45,947 nucleotides of DNA, from positions 1 to 45,947 of the forward strand of contig JBHLQH010000029.1 in NCBI GenBank assembly GCA_048884965.1. The letters are read 5' to 3'. The translations under genes were made by a program, and so were the position numbers. The notes under the pieces were generated by a model. That model worked only from the letters and a program-made list of their open reading frames with translations, did no database searches and was not told where the DNA came from. The stretch is from Candidatus Thorarchaeota archaeon. GTDB taxonomy: Archaea; Asgardarchaeota; Thorarchaeia; Thorarchaeales; Thorarchaeaceae. The stretch's first letter is position 1, and every line of letters starts with the position of its first letter. Below are positions 8,418-17,662 of this stretch, piece after piece.

Positions 8418-11366
8418 CTAAGCCACTGTTATAGTGACTGTGATGGTATAGGTCCCCGAACCACTGTAGGCATAACAGCTTACCAGCCAATCACCAAACG
8501 AGGCAACAGAATCCACTGTGACCCATTCAGGACTTGCTGAATATCCAGAGTATGCGCTGTTGGCGATCTGATAGCTAGTCGAAGAGGACGAGCTAGTCCA
8601 TCCACCGGTTCGTAGATTACCCGCATCCCAAACAGACAGATCAAAGTCCGCTCCAGAGGGCATCGACAAGGTAATCTCAATACTCACAGCGTTACTCGGT
8701 ACCGCGAACGAATGGCTAGTGCTGTCATAACCTTGGCTGACTGATCCCGTGAATGTGTAGGTTATTGGCTCACCGCCGCCAGAGTTATCCACGGTTACGG
8801 TTATCGTCGCATAGCCGGTGTTGCCGCTCGGATCGGTCGCCTCACAGCGGATGGTATGAGAGCCATCTGTGTATGCTGTGGTATCCCAGCTGTAGGAAGA
8901 TGCTGTTGACACCTGAGTACCGTCTATCAGGATCCTTCGGGAGCTGATGCCGTTCGCATCACTCGCACTGAAGCTGATGGTTGTTGTACCACTGACGGTC
9001 GCACCATTTGTCGGACTATTGATAGTCACTGTAGGCGCTGTCGTGTCATCCTCAGGATAGGTGATAGTCACAGTCAAGGAATATGCTCCAGTTCCGCTAT
9101 AGGAACGAACCATGATATACCAAGTTCCTGCACCAGGGTTGTTAAAGGTAACCTCTTCACCGCCTCCAGTGTAACCTCTCCAGTCATAGACGGAGGTTGT
9201 AGGTTCAGCACCGAGTCGACCGTAGAGGTCAAAGTCAACTGAGCCACAGGTCAGGACCGAGTACATGCTCTCTGCATCGCTATCAACCTGAATGGTCCAC
9301 ATCTCAGTAGCATACTGAGCTGCGAGAGAACTCGTCACAGTGACTCCATTTTCGAGAACATTATCACCGCCAGAGTTATCCACAGTCACTGAAATTTGGG
9401 AGTATCCAGTGTTGCCACTTGGGTCAGTTGCTTCACATCTAATGGTGTGAGAACCATCTGTGTATGCTGTGGTATCCCAGCTGTAGGAAGATGCTGTTGA
9501 CACCTGAGTGCCATCTATCAGGATCCTTCGGGAGCTTATACCGTTCGCATCACTCGCACTGAAGCTGATGGTTGTTGTACCGCTGACTGTTGCACCATTT
9601 GAGGGACTGCTGATAGAAACTGTGGGTGCAGTCGTGTCATCATCAGGATAGGTGATGGTCACGGTAAGGGAGTATGCTCCAGTTCCGCTATAGGAACGGA
9701 CCATAATGTACCAAGTACCAGCACCTGGATTGTTGAAGGTGACTTCCTCTCCACCGCTCGTGTAGCCTCTCCAGTCGTAGGTACTTGTTGTAGGAGCAGC
9801 ACCAAGACGACCATAGAGGTCAAAGTCTGCACTTCCACAGGTTAGGACCGAGTACATGCTCTCTGCATCGCTATCAACCTGAATGGTCCACATCTCAGTA
9901 GCATACTGAGCTGCGAGAGAACTCGTCACAGTGACACCATTCTCAAGAATGTTCTCAGTGTTGTCTACTGTCACAGATATTGTAGCATAGCCAGTGTTGC
10001 CGCTTGGGTCAGTAGCCTCACATCGAATAGTGTGGCTGCCATCTGCATATGCAGTAGTATCCCAGCTGTAGGAAGATGCTGTTGACACCTGAGTGCCATC
10101 TATCAGGATCCTTCGGGAGCTTATACCATTGGCATCTGATGCGGAAAAGCTGATCGTCACTGTACCAGTGACTGTTGCACCACTTGCAGGACTTGTTATA
10201 CTGACGGTAGGAGCTGTGATATCATCTCCGCCGCCAGCTGCTGCGACTGCAGCAGGAACATTGACCAGTCCATATCCATAGTAGATATCAAATCCAGAGC
10301 TACCAAGGTCAGTAGATGTTGTATGTAGGATCTCTACCACTTCACTTGGACTGAGCGATGGATTGGCACACAGAATCATCGCAACCACACCAGCGACCAT
10401 TGGAGTCGCCATGGATGTCCCACTCATGGTGGTATATCCTCCATTGTTGTATGTGCTATAGATACTGACACCGGGAGCAACTACATCCATTGCTGATCCG
10501 TAGTTGCTAAATGACGCTCTGTTATGACTGGAGTCGGTAGCTCCAACACAAATAGTGCTGGAATATGCACCAGGATAGCTAATGGCACCGCCATCATTTC
10601 CAGCGGCCGCAACTACAATGACTCCTGCATTGTATGCATTCAGACAGGCTTGTTGCAAGGCAGTGGATCCACTTGAAGCACCCAAACTCATGGATGCAAC
10701 ATCCATGCCGTTACTAACTGCCCAATTGATACCAGCAACGACATCGTCAAAGGAGCCACTACCGCTTGAGTCTAGGACTTTGCATGCATAGAGGTCTACA
10801 TTTGGTGCGACACCAATCACGCCTGCCTCATTGTCCTCGGCTCCTATAATTCCTGCACAGTGAGTACCGTGTCCATTGTCATCATTCGGATTCGAATCAT
10901 CGTTGACGAAGTCATAACCGCCCATGTAATTGGCATCCAAATCGGTGTGATCTACATCGATTCCTGTATCAATGACACAAACTTTGACTCCACTACCATC
11001 GATGTTACCTGAAACAACATCTACGGCATTTTCAGCACCGCCCCATACTTGCTCTGCATTGATATCATCCACACCCCAATCAAGGGTGTCTTCGAGCATG
11101 TGTACAAGTCCATTTTCACTAATCACAACGCCTGGTCGACTCTTCAACCAGTTGAATACGGATTTAGACATTTTCGCTGAGAATCCATTTATCGCATCGT
11201 ATTCCCGTAGGTACTGGATATTTCCCATTTTATCAAGACTGTATCCAGGCTTTAGTACGACAATCGCATCAACTGTTGTATCTGCATCGACGTTGTTTGG
11301 CATAGCCGCAAGTATCATGAATGCTAACAAGATACTCGCAAAAATTATTGTTTTATTCTTCTTCAT
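8418..11366 (-). CDS. Secreted subtilisin-family (S8) serine protease: signal peptide, I9-like propeptide, catalytic domain, then alternating Ig-like (Big) and PPC domains
   Basis: Triad VIDTG / HGTHCAG / GTSMATP. Three repeats of 'TAPTV.I.SP..GATV.GT.TISFSASDANGI...YSWDTTAY.DGSHTIRCEATD' and two of 'LENGVTVTSS...DFDLY...PGAGTWYIMVRSY', plus a divergent PPC-like last domain. Confidence 0.95.
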   Translation of the reverse strand: MKKNKTIIFASILLAFMILAAMPNNVDADTTVDAIVVLKPGYSLDKMGNIQYLREYDAINGFSAKMSKSVFNWLKSRPGVVISENGLVHMLEDTLDWGVDDINAEQVWGGAENAVDVVSGNIDGSGVKVCVIDTGIDVDHTDLDANYMGGYDFVNDDSNPNDDNGHGTHCAGIIGAEDNEAGVIGVAPNVDLYACKVLDSSGSGSFDDVVAGINWAVSNGMDVASMSLGASSGSTALQQACLNAYNAGVIVVAAAGNDGGAISYPGAYSSTICVGATDSSHNRASFSNYGSAMDVVAPGVSIYSTYNNGGYTTMSGTSMATPMVAGVVAMILCANPSLSPSEVVEILHTTSTDLGSSGFDIYYGYGLVNVPAAVAAAGGGDDITAPTVSITSPASGATVTGTVTISFSASDANGISSRRILIDGTQVSTASSYSWDTTAYADGSHTIRCEATDPSGNTGYATISVTVDNTENILENGVTVTSSLAAQYATEMWTIQVDSDAESMYSVLTCGSADFDLYGRLGAAPTTSTYDWRGYTSGGEEVTFNNPGAGTWYIMVRSYSGTGAYSLTVTITYPDDDTTAPTVSISSPSNGATVSGTTTISFSASDANGISSRRILIDGTQVSTASSYSWDTTAYTDGSHTIRCEATDPSGNTGYSQISVTVDNSGGDNVLENGVTVTSSLAAQYATEMWTIQVDSDAESMYSVLTCGSVDFDLYGRLGAEPTTSVYDWRGYTGGGEEVTFNNPGAGTWYIMVRSYSGTGAYSLTVTITYPEDDTTAPTVTINSPTNGATVSGTTTISFSASDANGISSRRILIDGTQVSTASSYSWDTTAYTDGSHTIRCEATDPSGNTGYATITVTVDNSGGGEPITYTFTGSVSQGYDSTSHSFAVPSNAVSIEITLSMPSGADFDLSVWDAGNLRTGGWTSSSSSTSYQIANSAYSGYSASPEWVTVDSVASFGDWLVSCYAYSGSGTYTITVTITVA
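8785..10225 (-). repeat. Intragenic tandem duplication of Big-PPC modules (~600-nt period)
   Basis: Nearly identical DNA blocks, e.g. gtatcccagctgtaggaagatgctgttgacacctgagt near 8881, 9472 and 10058; the PPC block recurs near 9254 and 9844. Confidence 0.9.
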
Positions 11367-11549
11367 TCTTCTCTCCCCAAGTATTTCGTGGTCCCTGAAC
11401 GCTCAGACCAGCGCGTTTCTGGCATCTACGGAAGGATCTATCCTATCACCCACGCGAAGAATGTGACAGGCATTGGCACACGAAGTCCGATTTATGGTTA
11501 GGTTCTATGATACTGGGGTCCACGAACGAATCTTCTTCGTTTTTGGGAT

Positions 11550-11600
11550 AGTAGTAATCAAATACTACTGATTGCAGAATTTGCAATCTACTATATATAT
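11550..11600 (-). promoter_or_regulatory. Protease promoter region: TATA-like TATATATA plus two adjacent palindromes
   Basis: AGTAGTA-N6-TACTACT (11550-11569) and GATTGCA-N5-TGCAATC (11570-11588) lie immediately downstream, on the minus strand, of TATATATA (11592-11599). Confidence 0.5.
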
Positions 11601-11793
11601 CTTAGCAGGAAAAACTGCATAGCCCCAATTCCAATATCTTACGGACACTATGAATTACCTGCTTGAGTAACATTCATCAAATGTCCAATTTCATCGAGGA
11701 ACAAGTGGTGTCACAGCACCTCGAAAGCAAAGATAAAAAGGAATCAGAAACGAATGCACATGAGTAACTAGTAAACTGGAGCGCCTCTACAAT

Positions 11794-12165
11794 ATGAGAC
11801 AACGAAAAGGAGCACTAATCATCTGGCCCGCATATCTTGACTCGAAGCTGAGTCGCTCAGAAGGCAGAAGAATTCCAGCTAATCTTGGTGCGCCTGATGT
11901 TACGGTTGACATGCTCAAGCAAGCAGCGGATATGAGAAAACTCGATTCTGAGATTGAGCCTGGGAAGCGATATCCCCGGCAAGGCGTTGATAGAGGAGGA
12001 TACCTTGTCATAGAGAATCCAGAGGGGCATAAGAAACAGCGACTCCTTCTGATGTTGGCAAAGGGAGTCCGCAGGATCGTCGCTGAGCGTCTATCTAGGC
12101 AGCAGGAAGCTGAACAGAAGAAAAAGGCCAAAGGATACAAGAAGAAGAGGCGTCAAAAAAGATAG
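11794..12165 (+). CDS. srp19: Signal recognition particle 19 kDa protein
   Basis: IIWPAYLDSKLSRSEGRRIP, KRYPR and a basic C-terminal tail. Confidence 0.95.
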   Translation: MRQRKGALIIWPAYLDSKLSRSEGRRIPANLGAPDVTVDMLKQAADMRKLDSEIEPGKRYPRQGVDRGGYLVIENPEGHKKQRLLLMLAKGVRRIVAERLSRQQEAEQKKKAKGYKKKRRQKR

Positions 12166-12191
12166 ACTGCTGTAGATGGAGGTTATGACAA

Positions 12192-12422
12192 ATGAGACGT
12201 CTGGGCACTGTAATGCATGTCACCAAGCGAGGAGCGGTCATAGTCCAGACTGACAAGAGTCCTCCCATGGGTGCAAAGGTCGTTGATAAGAGGGCACAGT
12301 TCATAGGAAAGATACAGGATGTCTTTGGCCCAGTCAAGAGTCCCTATGTCGCTATCCGTGCAAAGGACAAGGATACTGCCACGAAGTTGGTCGGACAACC
12401 TGTCTATCTAGATAGCCGGTGA
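12192..12422 (+). CDS. gar1: H/ACA RNP protein Gar1
   Basis: MRRLGTVMH...VVDK...IGKIQDVFGPVKSPYVAI; directly follows srp19. Confidence 0.93.
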   Translation: MRRLGTVMHVTKRGAVIVQTDKSPPMGAKVVDKRAQFIGKIQDVFGPVKSPYVAIRAKDKDTATKLVGQPVYLDSR

Positions 12423-12563
12423 GCGTACAATTATATACATCAGTGTATAATAATCTCCGACAATTAGCGACAATGGATAGTAAGAATGTAGCAGTAATCG
12501 TTGAGTTTATGTGCTGCCATGTAATTTGTCCTATCTTGTTGTCATGTGTCTAGCTCTTGCTAA

Positions 12564-12923
12564 GTGGTCATGTCAATGAATGAAGTTACTAACCAGATAA
12601 TGAGCGTTCTTCGCTCGGCAGGTGGAAAAGGACTTCTAATTGATGAGATTACCACTAGTCTTGAAATTGACTTAGCAACTGCTTCAAATGCAATCGATCA
12701 ACTAATCAAGGAGAAACAAGTCATGGAAAAGTCCGATGCAAATGAATCCCGGTATTTCGCACGGGGCATTATGGGCGAAGAGGCAGAGCAGGGGACACTA
12801 GGCGACCTGAACGGTTGTCCGTGTTTCCATTGTTTAAGAATAGGTCGTTGTGGAGTGAGGCAACCAGACTCACCCGTTGCTTGCAGAGAGCTAGAGGATT
12901 GGATGGTAACTTCAGACGCATAG
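12564..12923 (+). CDS. tfeB: RPC34-like protein / transcription factor E beta subunit (wHTH + 4Fe-4S cluster domain)
   Basis: N-terminal winged-helix-like region and C-terminal PCFHCLRIGRCGVRQPDSPVACRELEDW, matching the PCxxCx5Cx7PxxCxxLxxW motif of RPC34/TFE-beta. Confidence 0.82.
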   Translation: MVMSMNEVTNQIMSVLRSAGGKGLLIDEITTSLEIDLATASNAIDQLIKEKQVMEKSDANESRYFARGIMGEEAEQGTLGDLNGCPCFHCLRIGRCGVRQPDSPVACRELEDWMVTSDA

Positions 12924-12931
12924 AATGATAG

Positions 12932-13540
12932 CTATGTGGGCCCCTTCTTATGGGGTCCAATAGCTAACAGATATATCTCAGCACTAGTTTTTCGTGAAGC
13001 ATCAGGTTTGATCAGCTTCACGCTTGAGAATCTTGTTTTTGTACGTGTCATGAACTCTTCAAACTCAGGACCTTGGAAGACTTTTGCAAGGACCTTCCCA
13101 TTTGGGCTGAGGAGTCTGACTCCGAGGTCAAGGGTCGCCTCAGCGAGGAAGAGCTGTCGGGAAACATCGAGTTGCCAGTTGCCGGTCACCTTGGGTGAGC
13201 AATCCGAGATGACGAGATCGGCTGCTCCTCTGGAGAGACGTTCTACCTCCGCAATCGTTTCCTCTTTCGTAATATCGCCTTGAACGAATCTCACATTCTC
13301 GATCGGTGCCATAGGATCTAAATCTACTGCAATTATCTCAAGGCTATAGTCCATTTCACGAAGGACCTGCGTCCAACCCCCTGGACTGCTACACAACTCT
13401 ACAACGATATGGACTCCTTTGAGTAACCCGTATTTCTTGGCTATTTGCTTGAGCTTGAAAGCAGACCTTGCACGATAACCCTGTTTCTTTGCTTCCTTGT
13501 AATAATGTTCCTTCTTGGGGTTGCCTTTTGGTCTTCCCAC
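12932..13540 (-). CDS. rlmE: 23S rRNA Um2552 2'-O-methyltransferase (RlmE/FtsJ)
   Basis: YYKEAKKQGYRARSAFKL, SPGGWTQV, VISDCSP, KVFQG, KPDASRKTSAEIY. Confidence 0.95.
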   Translation of the reverse strand: MGRPKGNPKKEHYYKEAKKQGYRARSAFKLKQIAKKYGLLKGVHIVVELCSSPGGWTQVLREMDYSLEIIAVDLDPMAPIENVRFVQGDITKEETIAEVERLSRGAADLVISDCSPKVTGNWQLDVSRQLFLAEATLDLGVRLLSPNGKVLAKVFQGPEFEEFMTRTKTRFSSVKLIKPDASRKTSAEIYLLAIGPHKKGPT

Positions 13541-13541
13541 T

Positions 13542-14744
13542 CTATTCAGCTCCAGTCAAGTTCCTGATGATCTTCACGACTTCACTATTAGGTGCATCAG
13601 TCCTAATCGCCGTAGGTTGAAAGTGCGTTTGAACTGCACGATAGCCCTCAGCGATTAGTGCATTGATGACAGCATCTCTCCTAGGGGGTGTCAAGTTATA
13701 CATATCGCAAAGGATGTGCAGATCTGTATACGGATACTTTACCAATCCTTGCTCCATTTCCATGAGTTCAAGCAGGATCTTGATACGTTTATGGTATGAT
13801 TCTGAATCCTTCTCATACAGTCTGATTACCGCTTGGATGTGCTTGGAATCATATAGATCACCAATCCAAAGAGGTCCCGCCATACTTGGGCTTCCCTTGC
13901 ACCCCTCTTTCTCGTGTACGAACCGTATATCCGCTGACTTGCTTAAGGGTATAGAATCATAGGCATAACACTTCTGACATACACGAATCCTTCCAATAGA
14001 ATCAATCTGTCTATTCGCCTGAGTACGGTCTGTCTTGATGTGTATCCAGGCACGAATATAATGGTCGGTACTCAGTACTCCGAGTGGCCTGATTGCGCAA
14101 TCGTTCATTGCAGCAATATCATAGACTCGACCAAGAAGCAATCGCACAGCAATCTCATGCACGAATGGAGCTCGAGTAGAGAGTCCTCCATACTTCCTGA
14201 GGGAAACATGAGGATACACTCCGCAGAGAGCTGGCATATCCGTAGCAGTCACTCCAAGCAATGCACCTCTTGGATTGAGTGACTGTATCGCAGCATTGAG
14301 GTATGGCACGGGTGTGCCGAACGGGTCGATATCCACGAAATCGAATCTCTTGCCTCTTGATTCAGTTAGTAAGAGGACCTTTGCGTCCTCCCTAATGACC
14401 TTCCCTCTTTCAGAGAATTCATGTTTCTCAAGGTTCTTCTTGGCAGTGTCAATGGCAGTTGGATTGACATCCCCCAGAATCGCCTGGAAGTCGCCTGGTA
14501 TCTCGTTCAAGTATCGCAAGGTACGAACTCCCGAACCTGCCAGAGGTTCGCACATGAGCTCTACTTTATTATGTTCCATATAGGCCGCAAGGAATAGCAC
14601 CGAAAGATCTCTATTGATACGCATCCTCGGATTATAGAATACAGGCATGTCCATTGTGGGCTGTTTCTTCTCAGTCGTATACTGCTCTATGTCTGCTGTC
14701 AGGAACGTTGTCCTGCCCTCGGTGTATTCCTTGAGAGATGTCAT
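13542..14744 (-). CDS. trm1: tRNA (guanine26-N2)-dimethyltransferase
   Basis: PVFYNPRMRINRDLSV, LAGSGVR, FDFVDIDPFGTP, VTATD, AGPLWIG, THF..TAIRTDAP. Confidence 0.95.
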   Translation of the reverse strand: MTSLKEYTEGRTTFLTADIEQYTTEKKQPTMDMPVFYNPRMRINRDLSVLFLAAYMEHNKVELMCEPLAGSGVRTLRYLNEIPGDFQAILGDVNPTAIDTAKKNLEKHEFSERGKVIREDAKVLLLTESRGKRFDFVDIDPFGTPVPYLNAAIQSLNPRGALLGVTATDMPALCGVYPHVSLRKYGGLSTRAPFVHEIAVRLLLGRVYDIAAMNDCAIRPLGVLSTDHYIRAWIHIKTDRTQANRQIDSIGRIRVCQKCYAYDSIPLSKSADIRFVHEKEGCKGSPSMAGPLWIGDLYDSKHIQAVIRLYEKDSESYHKRIKILLELMEMEQGLVKYPYTDLHILCDMYNLTPPRRDAVINALIAEGYRAVQTHFQPTAIRTDAPNSEVVKIIRNLTGAE

Positions 14745-14847
14745 GCGAACAAGTTGGCTCTGAATTGTCTGCTAATAAGCCGATAGGATTGCTCATTTTG
14801 TCCTTCTCCGTAAGTTCTAAGAGGGAATACTAGGGCCATTCCAGATA

Positions 14848-15348
14848 TTGGTGATAGTTGTGGCGACAAGAGTAAGGATGGAAACAACTCGCGGAACTCT
14901 CATGATCGAGATGTTCAATGATGATGCGATCAATACTGTCAAGAACTTCGTGACACTTGCTCAGAAGGGCTACTATGATGGTCTGAAGTTCCACCGTGTC
15001 ATTCCACAATTCGTGGTGCAGGGTGGTGATCCTACAGGCACTGGCTCTGGTGGTCCGGGATATGCGATAGCCTGTGAAACGAGAGGTCATAGGCAGAAGC
15101 ACGATGTTGGTGCACTGTCGATGGCGCATGCAGGCAGGGATACTGGGGGAAGTCAATTCTTCATAGTCCTCAGCAGAGAGCAGACGAAGCATCTTGATGG
15201 AAAGCATACCGTCTTCGGGCAGGTCACTGAAGGGATTGATATTCTCCCACAAATCAAAGGTGGGGACCAAATGCTGAAGGTTGAGGTCATTGAAGTCGAT
15301 CCAGCAATTGAAGCCCATGGGCTTAAGACAATGAAATCCTGGCGATAG
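14848..15348 (+). CDS. Cyclophilin-type peptidyl-prolyl cis-trans isomerase
   Basis: YYDGLKFHRVIPQFVVQGGDP.GTGSGGPGY, GALSMAHAGRDTGGSQFFI, HLDGKHTVFG. Confidence 0.95.
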   Translation: MVIVVATRVRMETTRGTLMIEMFNDDAINTVKNFVTLAQKGYYDGLKFHRVIPQFVVQGGDPTGTGSGGPGYAIACETRGHRQKHDVGALSMAHAGRDTGGSQFFIVLSREQTKHLDGKHTVFGQVTEGIDILPQIKGGDQMLKVEVIEVDPAIEAHGLKTMKSWR

Positions 15349-15361
15349 GACCGACTAGTCC

Positions 15362-15400
15362 TCTGTGTCCTTAATCGGACACAGAACTATTCTTTTTTTC
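15362..15400 (+). terminator. Hairpin + T-tract terminator
   Basis: TCTGTGTCC-ttaatc-GGACACAGA (15362-15385), then ACTATTCTTTTTTTC. Confidence 0.7.
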
Positions 15401-15459
15401 AAAAACGGACAAAGCGTAAGCTCTATAATACCGATTTCTGACATAGGCTAGATTCAACA

Positions 15460-17589
15460 ATGTCAGATATCCTATTTCTATCAGTGGGCTTTTTGTCAGG
15501 ACTGCTTGCTATCATCGTTGCACTGTTCACATATCGAACGGTCTTACAGGCGGACGAAGGAAATGAACGGATGCGAGAGGTCAGTCATCTGATACAAAAC
15601 GGTGCAAACTCTTTCATTAAGGTACAATATCGGATACTTACAGCATTTACCATGGGATTGGCTGTAGTAATTGCCCTCGTGTTCGGGGACCTAGGAATCC
15701 CCATTGCGGTATCTTACATTCTCGGTTCTCTAGCCAGTATGGGAGCTGGATACATCGGGCTCGCTGTAGCGACACGGGCAAACCGTCGTACAGCAGCAGC
15801 AGCAGCTGAAGGAGGACTCAATCCAGCATTCTTGGTTGCCTTTCGCGCAGGGTCCGTAATGGGTCTAATGATAGCAGGCATCGCTTTAGTAGGGATTTCA
15901 AGTCTTTACAGCATGTGGGGTCTAGTATTCCCAACCTTAGAAGGACCCTTGTTATGGGAGATCATAACTGGCTTTTCATTCGGTGCAAGCACCGTCGCGC
16001 TCTTCGCAAAGGCTGGTGGGGGTATCTATACCAAGACTGCTGATATGTCTGCAGACATTGTTGGGAAGATTGAGCAGCATATCCCTGAGGATGACCCACG
16101 AAATCCTGCTGCTGTAGCTGATGCAGTAGGTGACAATGTTGGGGATGTAGCGGGAACGGGTGCGGATATCTTTGATAGTAATGTCGCAGCGATCCTTGCA
16201 GCAGCCCTTCTTGGAGCTGGCATTGACGCTCTTTTCTCACCCCCTATTATTTATGGACTACTTCCATTGCTAATCGCTGGACTTGGTACAATTGCGTCTG
16301 TGATTGGTGTCTATCTAGTCCGACCTAACCACCAAGAGGACCCTGGTCCTGCTCTCAATAATGGCACCTATATCACTACAATCATGTTTGCAGTCTTTGT
16401 CGTGGTAGTATTGCCTCTTCTCAGCATTGATGTTGTAATTGCTGTGTCTGCGGTCTTTGGTCTGATGGCAGGTGTCTTCATTGGGTTCACGTCTGACGTC
16501 TTCACCAATGATAAGGGTTTCTTAGGTTTCACGCCTGTGGCAAATATGGTTGATAATGCTGAGAAGAGCGCTGCGAATCTGATTCTCTCTGGATATTCCT
16601 ACGGATTGCTTAGTGCAGTGCCTTCCGTTCTTGGAGTGGTAGCTGCCTTGGTAGCCTCGTTTATCCTAGGCTCTTCCTCAACATCTCTTGGACTTGGTGG
16701 ATGGGAAGGAGGTATCTATGCAGTGGCTATTGCCGCGGTTGGTCTTCTTGCAACAAATGGCCTTACCATGTCAAGCGACTCCTATGGTCCTATAGTCGAC
16801 AATGCTCGAGGCGTGATCGAACAAGCAAACGCACCTCATGAGGCGATAGTTGCCTGTGACAAGTTAGACGCAGCCGGGAATACTGCGAAGGCGATAACTA
16901 AAGGCTTTGCCATCGGCTCTGCTGCGATATCGGTTCTAGCACTCTTCGCGGCGTTCATTGAAGCATCTGAGGTTATACTTGGGACAGAATTAGTCGTTGT
17001 CAATATAGCAGACCCTTTCATCCTTGCAGGAGCATTCATTGGCGCATTGGTTCCAATCACCTTTACTGCTATGCTTATCCTTGGAGTGGATAAGAATGCT
17101 GGACGAATGATTACCGAGATTCGAAGGCAATTTCAAGAGGATCCAGGCATTCTTGAGGGGACTTCTAAACCCGATTATGATAGATGCATCACCATCGCGA
17201 CCTCAGGAGCAATTCGTGAGCTTATGCCCTCGACGATAATGGCCATTGGCATCACTATCCTCACAGGAGTACTCTTCGGACTTGAGGCATTAGGTGGCTA
17301 CCTTGGAGGTGCAGTCATAGTTGGTTTCACTAGGGCACTTCTGATGAGTAACTCAGGTGGAGCTTGGGACAATGCCAAGAAGATGATAGAATCTCCAGAG
17401 TATGATCATAATCACCCTCGATATGATGAGATCCATGCAAATAGTGTCCTAGGCGACATGGTCGGGGACCCATTCAAGGATACAGCAGGCCCTTCAATCA
17501 ACACACTGCTTGTCGTCATGTCACTAACTGCTACCCTGTTTCTTCCAGTGATTGCACAGCTTCACCTATGGTTATGGTCTCTATTCTAA
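15460..17589 (+). CDS. hppA: Membrane-bound ion-translocating pyrophosphatase (probably K+-independent H+-PPase)
   Basis: GGGIYTKTADMSADIVGKIE..IPEDDPRNP, DAVGDNVGDVAG, YGPIVDNA, GNTAKA, GGAWDNAKK, GDPFKDTAGP. Confidence 0.95.
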   Translation: MSDILFLSVGFLSGLLAIIVALFTYRTVLQADEGNERMREVSHLIQNGANSFIKVQYRILTAFTMGLAVVIALVFGDLGIPIAVSYILGSLASMGAGYIGLAVATRANRRTAAAAAEGGLNPAFLVAFRAGSVMGLMIAGIALVGISSLYSMWGLVFPTLEGPLLWEIITGFSFGASTVALFAKAGGGIYTKTADMSADIVGKIEQHIPEDDPRNPAAVADAVGDNVGDVAGTGADIFDSNVAAILAAALLGAGIDALFSPPIIYGLLPLLIAGLGTIASVIGVYLVRPNHQEDPGPALNNGTYITTIMFAVFVVVVLPLLSIDVVIAVSAVFGLMAGVFIGFTSDVFTNDKGFLGFTPVANMVDNAEKSAANLILSGYSYGLLSAVPSVLGVVAALVASFILGSSSTSLGLGGWEGGIYAVAIAAVGLLATNGLTMSSDSYGPIVDNARGVIEQANAPHEAIVACDKLDAAGNTAKAITKGFAIGSAAISVLALFAAFIEASEVILGTELVVVNIADPFILAGAFIGALVPITFTAMLILGVDKNAGRMITEIRRQFQEDPGILEGTSKPDYDRCITIATSGAIRELMPSTIMAIGITILTGVLFGLEALGGYLGGAVIVGFTRALLMSNSGGAWDNAKKMIESPEYDHNHPRYDEIHANSVLGDMVGDPFKDTAGPSINTLLVVMSLTATLFLPVIAQLHLWLWSLF

Positions 17590-17662
17590 TGGAATAGGCA
17601 CACCTCACAAGATATAATGGAAGGTTTGAGAGAGTGGATAATAGAAAGGAGACTTTGCACAG

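Noticed and set aside
11401-11452. Box C/D sRNA-like GTGATAG...CTGA on the minus strand
   Set aside because: Box C deviates from RUGAUGA and no clear C'/D' boxes are present.
12473-12553. 26-aa Cys-rich ORF MDSKNVAVIVEFMCCHVICPILLSCV between gar1 and tfeB
   Set aside because: No SD, no TFB Zn-ribbon spacing, no paralog. Likely chance, though not excluded.
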